From: Phyllosticta citribraziliensis
Taxonomy: Eukaryota
Reading direction: 5' to 3'
Assembly (NCBI RefSeq): GCF_038025025.1
Contig: NW_027117343.1
Span: 2,108,001 to 2,172,000 of the forward strand
DNA: 64,000 bases
The notes under the pieces were generated by a model. That model had not been told where the DNA came from. It saw nothing but the letters and a program-made list of their open reading frames with translations, and ran no database searches. Position 1 is the stretch's first letter; each line of letters begins with the position of its first letter. Below are positions 37,674 through 50,709 of this stretch, piece after piece. A program made the position numbers and the translations under genes.

Positions 37674-39859
37674 TCACGGCGTCGACCCCGTCGGACTCCC
37701 CACGGCGACACTGCCGCCAATGGCCCCGTAATCAATCCTCCCCACCAGATCCGCCTGCCTGACCTCAGCGCCCGTCCCGGCATTTGCGAGTCCCCTCCCA
37801 CCAATGGCGCCCCTAACGCGTCCGCCGTCGGCACCGGGCATGAGCCACTCGCGGGCCTCCTCAGCCTCCGCTTCGATGCGCTCGCGCTCGAGCCTTCCGC
37901 TACGACGCCAGACAAAGAGCGCGAGGGCGGTGCCGACGGCGGCCGCAAGCACCGTCAGAAGCACGTTGATCGGGACCGGGTTGCCGTCGAAGGCGCGGTG
38001 CGTGAGGGCGTCGAGACCCGGCTGCGCAAAATTGAGAAGACCGGCGAGGCAGATGATGAGGCCGTAAACCTTTCCAAAGGTGGCGAAGCCAAAGACTTTG
38101 GCGGCGTAGTCGCTGTGGAGAATCAGTCAGTAGGTGGTCAGTCAGGAGGAATAGAGGGCAGCTTACGAAACGCAAGTGTAGTAAAAAGGCCGATACAGAA
38201 CAAAGAGGCAGATGTTTGCGTAGGCGGCCCACATCTGCGGAATGACGCCCAAGACACCAATCGTTGTGGCAATGACGACCAGCAAACTGAGCACGAATGG
38301 CGTGCTCGTGTTGTCGAGAACCAGTCCAATGAAGGGTACGCTGATGACGCCGCCGAGGGGCAGCGCCACGTCGAAAAACGAATTGACTTGAACTGCCGCG
38401 TCCCAGTCGCCCAGGAGATACTCGTACTGCGCTCGCACTGTTGCCACGAAGTAGTTGATGCGCGTCATTTGGATGACGGTGAAGAGCGTTATCAGAATGA
38501 ACCAGGGCGACTTGATTTGCTGCGCGGCGCTCCGTCCGTGGAGTGCTCCCCAGACGCCGCTGGCCTCCTTTTGCTTTTCTTCCGTCTGCGTCTGTGCAGT
38601 CACGGCGTCCTTGTTGCCCAAAAGGGCCGTCACTTCGGAAGCGACGCTTTCGCGGCGCCGGCGCCGGGCGATGCGCAGGTTCTCGACCATCTCTGGGTCC
38701 GAGATGTCTTCGTCCGAGTCGTGGAAGTCGGCTGCGGCATCGCCGCTGCGGGTAATGAGCTCGCCAACTGTCTCGTACGAGTGGCGCGGCATCAGGGTGA
38801 GCTGGATGATGAGAAGGTAGACGGGTACGACGAGGTACACGAGGAAGAACTTTTTCGGGGTGAAGGAGCCCTGGCTTGCCTGGTAAATCAACCTGTATAC
38901 CAGGAAGAGGGCAGAAGAGGTGTCGAATGCTCCCGTCAGTAAGGCCAGAATCAAGCCCGAATACTTGGGGAAGGTATTGCTGAGCTGGAAGGAAGATATG
39001 AACACAAAGGGACCACCGAGCGCGAGAAATAGATAGCCGGGTATATAACCGTCAAACGATGCGTCTGCTGCCAATGCGAAGAAAAGAGCGCCTATCGTGA
39101 GAAAGAATACTCCAATGACGCCGCAAACTCGTGGGCCAAAACGATCCAGGACCGCGCCGACTGGCAGAGCGCAAACGTTGGTAGATACGGCAGCAACGGT
39201 GAACATGAAGTTGAGTCTGGAATAATTTAGCAGAGAAATCCTCAAAGATCCGACCAACGTACCTCAACTCCTGCTCGTAGCACACGTGTGCGCCGTTCTC
39301 CAGTTCGTCCTGCGTACAACGATCTCTGTACACGCCCTCTTCTATAAGCACGGGCTTGAGCGCCGCATACCCAAAGACTATGCCTGCAGCAAAGAGGCAA
39401 TACACGATGGCGGCAACGACCTGCACTAAACACATTCAACGCCGTCAGTATGCGCTACACGTACAAGTCGGCGCCACAACGCCCGCTCCGTCATTTGCCA
39501 GCAGCTCCGCCAGCCCGTACGCGTTCCCCACCACACCCAACCGCCACGGCGACGTCTCGCCGTCGTCGTGCGAATCGCGCCAGGCTGTCCGTAGCCCCAA
39601 TTGCTCTTCCTCGCCAACATTTGCCTGTTGCAAAACAGCGGCAAGCGTTCTCGTGGGACAAGTGGTACTCACATGCTCTTTTGGTCCCACTGACTTCGAA
39701 TGGGGGGACCAACTCCTCGTGGGCTGGCTGGCTCCAGGCACCGCCGTCGACGGGGTTGAAGCTCAGCGTCCGGCGATGGCTGCCGGCGGGCGAGACGGAG
39801 CGACTGCGCCAGCCGGGCTCGACATGCTCGATTGAGCCCGAGCGGTGGACGAGCGACAT
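37674..39859 (-). CDS. FMP42: MFS transporter, Fmp42/LAT3 (SLC43)-like
   Basis: QVVAAIVYCLFAAGIVFGYAALKPVL, LPVGAVLDRFGPR, LTGAFDTSS, QMTRINYF and RPFYYTCVS/DYAAKVFGF. Introns 39426-39672, 39217-39262 and 38113-38166. Confidence 0.85.
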
Positions 39860-40648
39860 GACCGCTGCTCGGGATGTGATGTGCAGTTGTCCTCGGGCTG
39901 TTTCCGGAAGGTGGTCGAGGTTGAGCAGCAATGTGGGACGAGATAATTGAGCGGGAGTTGGAGGCAGTGAAGAAGGTGAGAATAAAGGATGGACGAGGCA
40001 AAAATTTAGTAATGAGAATAAGCGGCGGAAGGTCTTTCGGGTAGGGTGGATTAGCCAGACGCCACGACGGAAGAAGGAAAAAAAGCAGGTGGGCGCGTGA
40101 TGGTTAGACTGGTTGGGCTGACGGCGCAGGACGAGTTGCGGGTAGCGGGTTTCGATCTAGGCCTGTTCCGGGATGCTGAGGCACCAGGTACGGGAGGCGG
40201 GCGGGTGGTGGGGCTTGGCCTGGGCGAATGGCGACGGGCGGAGGGAGGAGAAAATAGAGGAGCTGCACGGTAGACGCGATAGTTGTACAATTCAATTGTG
40301 GTCGAGTAATAGCTGGGGGTCAGAGGTGCCGCCGCCTTCTTCTGGGCCCAGAGCCGCCTGCTTCCCTGCCCGCCCTAGCTGCTTTGGGCAAAGAGCTATG
40401 GCCTGGTGCTGCTGTGTCCCTCGCCCGTCAAAAAATTTCCTCATCCTCCGCTCCATGTGAACAATCAACTGCCGCGACCTGTAATATTGATCCTGCTATT
40501 ACATTAGACCACGCTGGTACTCCCCTGCCAACCCATAAGCCGAACCGAAAGCGAGACAAAATGCAACGCGACAACCAATGAAACCAAATCCAACGCCGCG
40601 CCATGCTCAGCGTCCAATCTGACGACGCCTCCATCCTCCGCGTGAACC

Positions 40649-40672
40649 TTTTTTTTTTTTTTTTTTTTTTTT
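40649..40672. repeat. T24 homopolymer
   Basis: Read directly. Confidence 0.9.
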
Positions 40673-40797
40673 CCTACCGTCGTTCTTTGAGTCTTTTTCA
40701 ACTTCCGCAAGTTTCCTATCATGCTTGACACGGGTCGAGTCCGAGTTTCGCATTCTCGGCATCTGCAATTCCCAATTCCCCGCAGATATCTATCCGT

Positions 40798-41489
40798 CTA
40801 GGGCTCGTCCTTGGGAGGGCCGGCATTTGCCTTTTTGTTCTTCATGAAAAGCGTGGGGAGGAGAATGCACGACGTGCTGAAGAGGATGCTGCAAAGAGTC
40901 AGTCATGGTTCCCAACCTCAACCAATGAACATACCACAGCGCGATGCTCAGGCCCCAGATGGTCTTGGTCTCGAAGCAGTTTGCCTTTGTGGCTCCCGCA
41001 AACGATGCCAAGCTCAACCGCGAACCGCTGACGTTCAGCTTGGACGCAATCGACGTCACATAGGCGTAGGCCGACGCAGCTGTCTGCGAGTTGGAAGCGT
41101 TCGAGAGCCGATAGCAGTTGAGAAATGAAACTGGTTTGCCGAGGCAGACGGCAACAACGATAAAGGCGATCAGAAGGAGAAAGTCGATGCCTGCCATGAC
41201 GAAAAGGCCCAGATAGGCCTCGGACCAGAAAAAGGCTATGCTGACGGCGCAATACAGAGTCGCCAAGCACGTCTGTCATTGTCAGTTTTTGATGTCTCTC
41301 GGCAAACGGCTAACATACCACCACAAGGGTGCCGACCACTTCTTTTGGTGGCTCAATACCGCTCGAGACAATGTCGTTGACAAAGTTGGCAGCAATACCG
41401 ACAACTATAATCATGCTGACAAGCTCCAAAATTCTGACCAGAGCAAAGGTCTTGCTCAAAGGAGCAGCTCCGTAGGCGGGAACAGGCAT
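40798..41489 (-). CDS. Small four-TM membrane protein, MARVEL-like
   Basis: Introns 41273-41318 and 40889-40934 give a continuous ORF with four hydrophobic segments and a Cys pair in the loop (LNCY...ANCFE). Family assignment is from topology only. Confidence 0.75.
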
Positions 41490-42646
41490 GATGGAAGTAA
41501 AAGATGAACCGTGGAAAGAGAATGCTGTCAAAGCAATTAAGAGTCGGACTCTGCCGGCAGATTAAGGAGTGCTTTAAGCTGAAGGAGCTTCAAGGAGTGT
41601 TTGCAGAAAGAGAAGAAGGAGATGACGAAAAGAGCAAGGAAACAGGAAAGAAAGCTGGCTGTTTGCTGAGATGAGAAGTTGATGGTTTGCTGGATCTTGT
41701 CCTCAAGCCGAGAATCTCGTCTCTTATACCCATCCACACACCGTAGTTGAGAGACAGATTCAGACGGCACGGACTGTTTCTATTCTTGCTGCTATGGTGT
41801 TGAACGGCCATGGGAGGGTTTCACGGCCATCTTCAACAGACGCCCCATGAACCAATGAAAAATCAACGACAGACTAGATCTGGCAGCCCCAGATGAAGCA
41901 ACGTCTAGATCTTGGTCAAGGGTTTGCGGCCCACCAGCGCGGCGCTTAACGCCTGGGGACAGCAGCTGGCGCCGGGGCCACCACAAACAGCCAGCGACAA
42001 CGACAACCAGTCGAGACACCACCATCGCTCGCAGCTCGCGCTGCACAGCCACCTCGGTATGTTTCTCGTTCGTGGTGTTACATCTGTCTCCATGTCCTAG
42101 TCAACGAGGCGGCCATCCGGATGTCTCAGCGCAGCTCCGCGGGAGATCTGAGGCTTGCCGACCTGTGGGTTGCAGTTCATGGCTGGTGGAGGAGCTTTGC
42201 TGCAGTGGAGAGAGAGCCACGCAGAGGTCTCGACTCAGATCCATCGCGCGCGGAACGGCGCATCATCTGAATGAGTGCTCCATGACGCTTGTTGTTATGC
42301 GCACAGGGGCATTCTTACTAAAGGCGCAAATTCTGCCGGAGTTGAACAAGTAACACAAGGCTGTTGAAAGAATCAGTTTAGAATTCGCAACTGCGAAAGA
42401 CGAGCTGCTGCAAGAGAGAACATAAGTCGTCTGTCAAAATGGATTGACATCTGTAGCTAACCAAAAGGGCAAGTCGACGCGGAAGGGCGGGCGTGATAAG
42501 CTCCCACTCCACACGATAGCTCAACGGCTCGCTGAGCCTCTCCCGAGCAGCCCCTTCTTCATTCTCGAGCTTCTCAATTGCTTGAGATGATCCAGTTCCT
42601 TCTCCGCGTTACTTCGCCAGACTCCAACTGAAGCGCCTCGAGCACC

Positions 42647-44539
42647 ATGGTCTACCCGCTCGACTACTTTCAGCACAGGCGCGACTGGTACGTGCTGGAC
42701 CCTCTCCACGACCCCGCATCGTTCCCCACGCCTCACGACTCGCGTGCCCTGAATTCACAACTGACTGGTAAACAGCCAGCGGAAGCAGTCCCATCGCGCC
42801 TCCAAGATTGCAACTCTGCCGCGCGACTACCTCTACCCGTTGTCGCCGTCTGAACGAACAATCCTCAGCAAACCCATCCAAGAGCTAGTACAAGACGTCC
42901 ACAAGCAAGTCGCCAGCCCTCTCGATGTGCTGCGCACATACGGCAAAGTCGCCATCAAGGCGCACGAAAAGACCAACTGTCTGACCGAGATCCTCTTCCC
43001 GGAGGCCGAAGAGTGGGTCGTCAATGGCGAGGTCAACCTCAACGGGCCCTTGGCCGGAATCCCCGTGTCGCTCAAAGACTCGATCGCGGTGCGCGGCTTC
43101 GACGTCAGCGTTGGATACTCGAGCAAGACCGGCAAGCCGTACGTCAAGGACGGACCCATGGTCAAGCTCCTCAAGGACGCTGGCGCCATTCCCTTTGTCA
43201 AGACGAACCTGCCCGTTACGCTCCTGTCCTTCGAGTCTACCAACGACGTTTGGGGTCGCACGACCAACCCGCACAACTCAAAGTACTCTCCTGGTGGATC
43301 GACGGGTGGTGAAGCGGCTCTCCTCGCTTTTGGCGGCAGCCGCATTGGTATTGGATCTGATGTCGCGGGCTCGGTACGCGTGCCAGCGCACTTTTCCGGC
43401 TGCTACTCTCTGCGCTGCTCGACCGGACGCTGGCCCAAAGCCGGCATGGACACAAGTATGCCGGGTCAGGAGGGGATTGCGAGCGTCTTCAGCCCCATGG
43501 CGCGCACCCTCAATGACCTCTCGTACTTCACGCGGAGCTTGATCCAGATGCAGCCGTGGAAGTACGACCACTCCGTGCACCCCATCGAATGGCGCGACCA
43601 CATCGAAGAAGAGTACCGAGAGAAGAAGAAGTTCCGCGTAGGCGTCTTGCGGACCGACGGCGTCGTCGACCCCTCGCCGGCATGCGCGCGAGCCCTGCAG
43701 CAAGTGGCCGCCGCGCTGAGCGCCGAAGGCCACGACGTCTACGACGTGACGCCGCCGTCGTGCTTCGAGGCGCTCAAGATCGCGTCGCATCTCCTCAACT
43801 CGGACGGCTGCCAAACCTTCCTCTCGTGGTTCCGGACCGGCGAGTGGAACGACGCGGGCGCAGCGCAGCTGAGCTTCTACGTGCGGCTGCCGCGGCCGCT
43901 CAAGTACCTGCACTACCTGTGGGTCAAGTACGTGCAGCGCGATGCGCTGTGGGCGGACCTGCTGCGCGGCTGGCACGCAAAGAGCGCGTATGAGCAGTGG
44001 CAGCTGGTTGCGCAGCGCGAGGCGTACAAGGCGCGCTGGCATGCGTGGTGGCGCGACGAAGCGCAGATGGACTTTTTGATCACGGTGCCGAATGCCACGC
44101 CCGCTGTTCCCCACGATGGGATGAAGCAGGCCGTCAGCAGCTGCGGCTATACGTTCCTCTTCAACCTGGTGAGTTTGGCCGTCTCCTTTTCCTGTCATCT
44201 CACCACATCAGCGCAGCGCATTATCAAACCACAACTCGACTGGCCGGCTGACTGACTGACTGCTGCACACAGCTCGACTACACCTCCGGCATCCTCCCCG
44301 TCACGCACGTCGACCGCGTCCTCGACGCGCTGCCGGCGTCGTTTAGCGCGCGCAAGCTCAACGGCGTCGCCCGCGGCGCCTACGCGCACTACGACTCGAT
44401 CAAGATGGAGGGCCTGCCGGTCGCCGTGCAGGTCGTCGGGCAGCGGCTCGAGGAGGAGAAGGTCGTTGCTGCCATGGAGCGCGTCGAGGATGCCCTCGAC
44501 AAGAATGGGGGCCGGTATGCGCTCTTGGAAGTGGATTGA
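42647..44539 (+). CDS. Amidase-signature family enzyme (acetamidase/FAAH-like)
   Basis: GPLAGIPVSLKD (catalytic Lys), PGGSTGGEAAL and GSDVAGSVRVPA (Ser-cisSer). Introns 42688-42775 and 44169-44272. C-terminal GLPVAVQVVG..EEKV. Confidence 0.94.
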
Positions 44540-44805
44540 GCAGAAGTGGGGAGTGGTTGTTGGAGGCAGGGAAAGATTGATGATGAGTAGAGTTCCTGTT
44601 TTGCTTGATACTCCCGATCCATAAGTGTCATAGCGCAAGTGATGGGACCTTGTCATTAGACTTTGTCATTACCTATAGGCTTTACGAAAAATTGACATGA
44701 GTTCAAATGCAATCAAGCAAACGACACCGCTAAATGCTCAAACGCCCGAAGATCAACGCTCAATGCCGCCCATCCATACATCCCAGAAACCAGAATTACT
44801 TACCC

Positions 44806-45660
44806 TCAGTGTCCCATGGACGCAAAACGGCCCGCCCACAACCGCAAAGACGCAATGCTCGCCTCCAACTCCTTGACGACGTTCTCGTTCGCCCAGCCCC
44901 TCTCCGGGCCCCACGCAATGCGCTTGCCCTCGGCGCGCGCAACGCGGATCAACTCGACCATCAACGGGCTGTCCTTGGCGACGCCAGGAAAGCCATCAAA
45001 GACAACGCTGCGTATGCTAGGGACGCGGGGAAAGAGGTCGGCGAGCAGGTCACCGCAGAAGCGCGTAAAGAAGTCGTCGCTGCGGCGGAAGCCGGCGAAG
45101 ACGTCGTCGCCGGCGGGGTCGCACTCGACGAAGATGCGCAGGCTGCGCCAGGCGGAGGCGTCGGCGAGGCCGAGCAGCGGGCTGGCGACGTCGCCCCAGG
45201 CCGAGGGCAGCCCGTTCCAGCCGGGGCCCAGGCGCAGCTCGACGGAGGTAATGGCGGCGCGGCATCGCGGGGACAGGCGCGCGAGCAGCGGCTTGCGCGT
45301 GTGGAAGAAGCGGCCGTGGACGGGGAAGAGCCGGAACGTGTTGCCGCCGTAGAAGACGCGGTACGCTTCGTCGTGGAGCTGGCGCGAGGCGAGTAGGAGC
45401 CGTAGTCGTGGGGAGAGTGTGTAGGTGTTGGACGGGTCGAGGTCGATTGTGTGCGGGACGAGGAGGACGTGCTCGTAGATGCGAAGGCGGACTTCGGCGG
45501 GGAGGTCGAAGAGGCGGAAGGGCTGTTGCGGTTGCGGTTGCGGTTGGTGGTGGTGGGTTGGAATTGTGGTCTTGGAGACGGCCGTTGTTGTTGTCGTTGT
45601 CTTTTGCGTGTAGGCGCCCGCGGACGGAGCCTCCGTCTTGATAGACGCCAGGACGGGCAT
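44806..45660 (-). CDS. Conserved fungal hypothetical protein with F-box-like/2EXR-type motif
   Basis: 284-codon ORF with strong GC3 bias. Carries PFRLFDLPAEVRLRIYEHVL and LLLASRQLHDEAYRVFYGGNTF, a motif pair common in fungal F-box-like proteins. Confidence 0.8.
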   Translation of the reverse strand: MPVLASIKTEAPSAGAYTQKTTTTTTAVSKTTIPTHHHQPQPQPQQPFRLFDLPAEVRLRIYEHVLLVPHTIDLDPSNTYTLSPRLRLLLASRQLHDEAYRVFYGGNTFRLFPVHGRFFHTRKPLLARLSPRCRAAITSVELRLGPGWNGLPSAWGDVASPLLGLADASAWRSLRIFVECDPAGDDVFAGFRRSDDFFTRFCGDLLADLFPRVPSIRSVVFDGFPGVAKDSPLMVELIRVARAEGKRIAWGPERGWANENVVKELEASIASLRLWAGRFASMGH

Positions 45661-46573
45661 GGTGTCGACGAGACAGACGGACGGACGGACGATTTGGGTA
45701 GAGGAGCACGAGGGCAGCGTTGGTAAGGCGGTCGGCTTGCGACCTGGACGTTTATGCAGCCATCTGGACGGTTGGTGAGGAGCGGCGAGGTGGACAGGAG
45801 ATAAAGAGCGACAGGCGGGTGAGAGGTCTTAGCAATGGCGGATTGGGACGGCGTGGAATGGTAGCCAGGGCAATGCAATGGTGAAGCAGCGTCTGACAGT
45901 TGGTGGCGTTGGGATGGACGTGTGGCGGGCGGAGCGGGAGAGCGGGAGAGGGGAAAATAATGCATGACGTGCGATGGCCGGGGAGCATGGATTCAGGCAT
46001 CAAGGCATTCAGGGCAGGCGTTGGATGTACCGTTTTAACGGGAGTCAGCAAATTACCGAAATAAAAAATGCTGCTTCTTGATAAACGGGAAGACTTTGCT
46101 CTCCCCAACTAATACAACCCCACGCTCACGCAGCCGAGCAGCGCAGTCCGTTCCATCAGAAGCCGAAGCTCCTGGCAGAGTGGAAGCACTGGACAGCCGC
46201 GAGCGAGGCGTCAAATTTCGTGGGTGTTCAACTTTCTGAAGAGGAAAAGGGAACAACACCACGACGCCGTTTTGTTCAAGATTCGGGGACTCGCTTACCA
46301 TATGCTTGGCGTCGGCATCTGCCCCGGCCCGATGCCTTCTCACGTTGCTGCACGACACGACATGGAGCTATGACTTCCGGGGAGAGCTGCACCTCCGCCT
46401 GTCGACGACCAGGAGCCCGTGGGGAACGCTTTCTCCGCCATGGACCCTTGGAACCCAGTTTCCGGATGCTCTTATTTACTTGGTTGCGCCTTCCAGCTGT
46501 TGCCATCATGAGTTGTCCATCTTAAACCTCTCCGCCTTGTTTCTCGTCGTCTGCGTTATTCACCAAATCCACC

Positions 46574-47840
46574 ATGGGCAACCCAATTGTTCTCCACCTC
46601 GGCGACGACATCAAATGGAACCATGAGCCGTACAAGAAGCTCCAGGACAAGTTCGAGATCCGTCGGAGCTACAGCATGGGCCGGGATGAGTTCAAGCAAG
46701 CGCTAAAGGACAAGAAGTTTGGTAACTTTGTTGCCATGTACAGACCATTTTGGAGTATGATGGCCCCATGAATACTCCTCTGCCTCCAGCTAACACGCTT
46801 CGCAGACACGGGAGGTGAAATGGGCAACTGGGACGAGGAGCTCATGTACGTCGTATTTTTCTACCATCTCGACTTCCACGGATCTCGACTACAACAAGCA
46901 CGCCGAATCGGGAAAGTTTTCCCGCACGGTACTACGACATCACGCCAGACGTCGAAGAACATTCCCCGAGCATCGATGCCTGCGGAGAGACTTGCCAACC
47001 CAAGCTAACATCCATACCAGCGCCCTGCTCCCGTCGTCATGCAAAATCTACGCCTCAGCCGGCGCGGGCTTTGACTGGGTGAACACGCAAGCGCTGGCCA
47101 AGCGCGGCATCATCTACTGCAACGCAGCCGCCGCCTGCACCGAGTCCGTCGCCGACGCTGCCATCTGGCTGATCCTGTCGACGTTCCGCAAGTTCACTTG
47201 GTCGAGCTTGAGCGCGCGTTCGTGCCAGGTTGACCGCTTCGTCGCCGCCAACCGCAACATCGCGGCCATCACGCACAACCCCAACGGCCACGCGCTGGGC
47301 ATCATCGGGCTGGGCAAGATCGGCCACCGCATCGCCCAGAAGGCCCACACGGCCTTTGGCATGCGCATTCTGTACCACGACATCCGCCGCCTGCCCGCCG
47401 ACGTCGAGGGCCCGCTTGACGCCAAGTTTTACGACCGCCTTGACGACATGCTGCCCGACGCCGACGCCCTCGTCGTCGCGACCCCCTTTGGAGGCGACAA
47501 GGTCGTCCGCGCTGAGCACTTTGGCCGCATGAAGAAGGGCGCCCGCCTCATAAACATTGCGCGAGGCAAGCTCATTGACGAGGACGCCCTCGTGCAGGCC
47601 CTCGAAAGCGGTCATTTGGAGGCTGCCGGCCTTGACGTTCACTACGACGAGCCCCGCGTTAACCCCAAGCTCGCCGCCATGGACAATGTCGAGCTGCTGA
47701 GCCACACGGCCGGCGCCTCGGTCGAGAGCCACATTGGCTTTGAGCGGTTGGGCATTGAGAACATTGTGAATTTCTTTGAGACGGGCAAGGCTGTGACACC
47801 GGTAAACTTGCACTTTTTCGACGACAAGGCCAAACTGTAG
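46574..47840 (+). CDS. D-isomer-specific 2-hydroxyacid dehydrogenase (glyoxylate reductase / D-mandelate dehydrogenase-like), with PTS1
   Basis: GAGFDWVN, GIIGLGKIG, INIARG, AGLDVHYDEP and LSHTAG motifs. Introns 46755-46805 and 46846-47020. Ends ...KAKL*. Confidence 0.93.
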
Positions 47841-47929
47841 ATGGACAAAAGTCAAATGGAATCACATGTGTTGAAAATTCTTGAATTCTTTTTATGTCAT
47901 AACCCCATTGTCGTCTACACGTCTTTGGT

Positions 47930-49637
47930 CTAGTTTTTGTCCAGTCTCACCGCCGCGTTGCCCTCGATGAAGTTCAGGTCCACCTTGTGGCCCAGCAGGT
48001 CTCTAATGTTGCTGACGCCGTACTTGATCATAGTCGGCCTCTCCAGACTGAGACCGAAGCCGTACACGCGCAGGTCCGCGGGCAGACCCATGGGCAGAAG
48101 CATCTCGGGCCTGAACATGCCCGAGTTACCAATCTCGACCCACTTGCCCAAGCCGACGTGGTAGCCGAAAATCTCCATGGACGGCTCCGTGTAGGGGTTG
48201 TAGGCGGGCTTGAAGCGCAGGTTGGTGATGCCAATCTGGGCGAAGAAGGACTCGAGGAACTTTTGCAGGCCGCCGAGCGTGAGGCCAAAGTCGGCGATGA
48301 CACCTTCGATCTGGTGGAACTCGGCCAAATGCGTCGCGTCGACCGTCTCGTTGCGGAAGACGCGGTCGATGGAGAAGTAGCGCGCCGGCCGCGGGTCCTC
48401 GGCCAGTCGGTGCAGCACCCACGTCGACACGGCCGTCGTGTGCGTGCGCAGCACCAAACGCAGGCACTCGTCCTTGGACCACGGGTAGCGGTAGCCAATG
48501 GAGCCAAAGGCCCCGTCTTGGTGCACGTTTTGAATGTTCTTCCAGTACTGTTCGTAGTCACGCGGCTTGATCTTCTTCTCGGGGTCTGACGAGGCGTACA
48601 GGCGGCGGGAGCCCTCCTCCATCTCATTCATGGCCTTTTCAGCAGCAGTGTCCTCGCGGGGAAGGTCGGCGGCGGCAGGGTCCGAGATGAAGAAAGTGTC
48701 TTGCATGTCGCGGGCGGGATGTTGTTGCGGCACGAAAAGGGCGTCAAAGTTCCAGAAGCCAGAATCGACGAAGCTGTTGTCGTTAGCCTTCCGCTCTTTC
48801 CCCCCTCTAGCTTGACCTACCGTGATGTGGGCATCTCGACGAAGCCCTGGTTGAAGAAAATGTTTCTGAATTCGGCGCGCACCTTCATCAGAGGATGTAA
48901 AGCGCCCGCATTCTGCGATGCGCCCAGCGCATTGAAGTTGTACGGCTTGAACGAGGCAGTCTGCCACGAGCCGTCGGCCAGCATGTCGGCCGTGAGGTCG
49001 GTGTGCTCGACTGGAATCTCCCTGGCATACTTGGAGCCCTTTTCCGCCGTGTATGTAAAGACCTTGGAGGTGGTGACGAGCTTCCTCTTCTTCAAGTCGG
49101 CCAGCGTCTTGGCCTCGGCCACGCTCCTGGTCTCGGCAATCATTTGCAGCTGGGCGCGCGTAGTGTCCTGCACCTCGTCCACCAGCGGCACGAGCGAGTC
49201 GCCGTCCTTCTTTATCCACTTGTTGCGGAAGGCGGTGCCTTGGCCGATCTTGACATCGGCGTTGTGGACCACGCTCTGTCCCATCTCAGCGTTTGTTTGT
49301 CTAGAGACTTGCTCAAACGTACCGGAAGCTCCTTGATGCCGACTTTGCCATGCTTCTTGACCGCGTCCCACACCTTCCACTCGTGGGAGCCCTCGTCCAC
49401 TATTGTTTGCGATTCCTTGGTCAATAGGACCTGCTCTGATTCGGCCGTCTGGTACGTGACCATGGACCTAGAGGCAAGCCTGTCCAAGGCAGCCTTGACG
49501 TCCTGCTGCGATGTCTGCGGGAGGTCTACATTGGAGCGGATCTGGGGCTTTTCGGCGAGCAGGTCGAGGATAATCTGCGTCACGTCGCGGTCGCCGTCCT
49601 TGACGGGGACAGGAACTGGCCCGCGCTGGCCGACCAT
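47930..49637 (-). CDS. FRS2: Cytoplasmic phenylalanyl-tRNA synthetase alpha subunit
   Basis: [70 protein letters not shown] and GFGLSLERP. Introns 49276-49322 and 48774-48820. Confidence 0.97.
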
Positions 49638-49868
49638 TTTGGAGCGCTTGTGAAGAGGGCGGAGAGCGTAGTGGGTTGTGGAGAGCAGAGCAATTGGAGG
49701 CGCGGCGGGGTTGAGTATGGGGATTTCGTCGGCTGTGATGAGTCGTAGCTTGCCCAAAAGATTCTGCCACCAATCCACACACCGCCTTTACCATCACTCC
49801 ATCGACAGCTTGACGGCAACTGGATTCCAGACCCGTCAGGCAACGCACTCTTGATTGAGACCCTGACA

Positions 49869-50709
49869 ATGTTCAACTTTTGGAAGTCGCCCTCTTCCTC
49901 CGAAAACAATGCTCCCATGACGCAACGAGGCTCTCCGCCAGCCATCATGCCCCCCGGGCTCCCCACTCCACACCCAGACAACGACGGCGTCTTTGTAGCT
50001 GGAGAGCCAGGCCACATGGACCCTCTGCACCGCCCGGCGCTCAACAGCCGCCTCGCCATGTCCTATGAGGCGCGCATGATGACCATTGGCTCCATCAGCG
50101 CCATGACGGGCTTCTTCCTCGGCCTCTCGCAAGGCGTGACAACCCACGGGCTGCGCTTCCGCGCCGAGAACGCGCACCGCCTGCCCAACGACCCCGCAGG
50201 CTGGTTCCTCTACCACAAGCGCAAAAACTACATTGCATTGTGGGGTGGCATCCGGGAAGGGCTGTATGCGGGGTTCAAGACGGGCTTCTGGGCGTGCGGG
50301 TTCCTCATGTGCGAGCAGGCGGTGGACCGGCTCAGGGGGCTAGGGGGAGAAGATTACAAGCAGCAGGCCAGGGGCGACTTTGGCAGCACGGTGGTCGCAG
50401 GGCTCGGGACGGCGGGCGCTTGGAGTTTGTGGAGTAAGTGTTGACAACGGTATCAAGACAAACAGAGAGGCTGACCCGGCGGCCGCAGATCGTCTCCCCA
50501 TCACCGCGGCAGCGCGCACGGCCAAAATGGGCTTGCTTCTCGGCCTGGTGTACGGACTTGTGCAAGACGCGACGGGCTTGCTGCGTGGGCAGAAACTGGG
50601 ATACGTCGAGTCCCTGCGCGGCATCACTTCATGGGCACCGGGATCCGATGAGCGCGCCCCGGACGCGGCGCCGGTGCCGCAACCAGCGAGCGGAAAGCCG
50701 CAGACATGA
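49869..50709 (+). CDS. Conserved fungal hypothetical membrane protein, possibly Tim17/Tim22/Tim23-like
   Basis: Gly-rich hydrophobic helices and the segment LRFRAENAHRLP..GWFLYHKRKNY. Intron 50434-50488. The family link is inferred from the GxxxG helix pattern. Confidence 0.75.

Noticed and set aside
40649..40672. A24 on the minus strand after the MARVEL-like gene as a retroposition signature
   Set aside because: The gene retains two introns and no target-site duplication is visible; a simple homopolymer.
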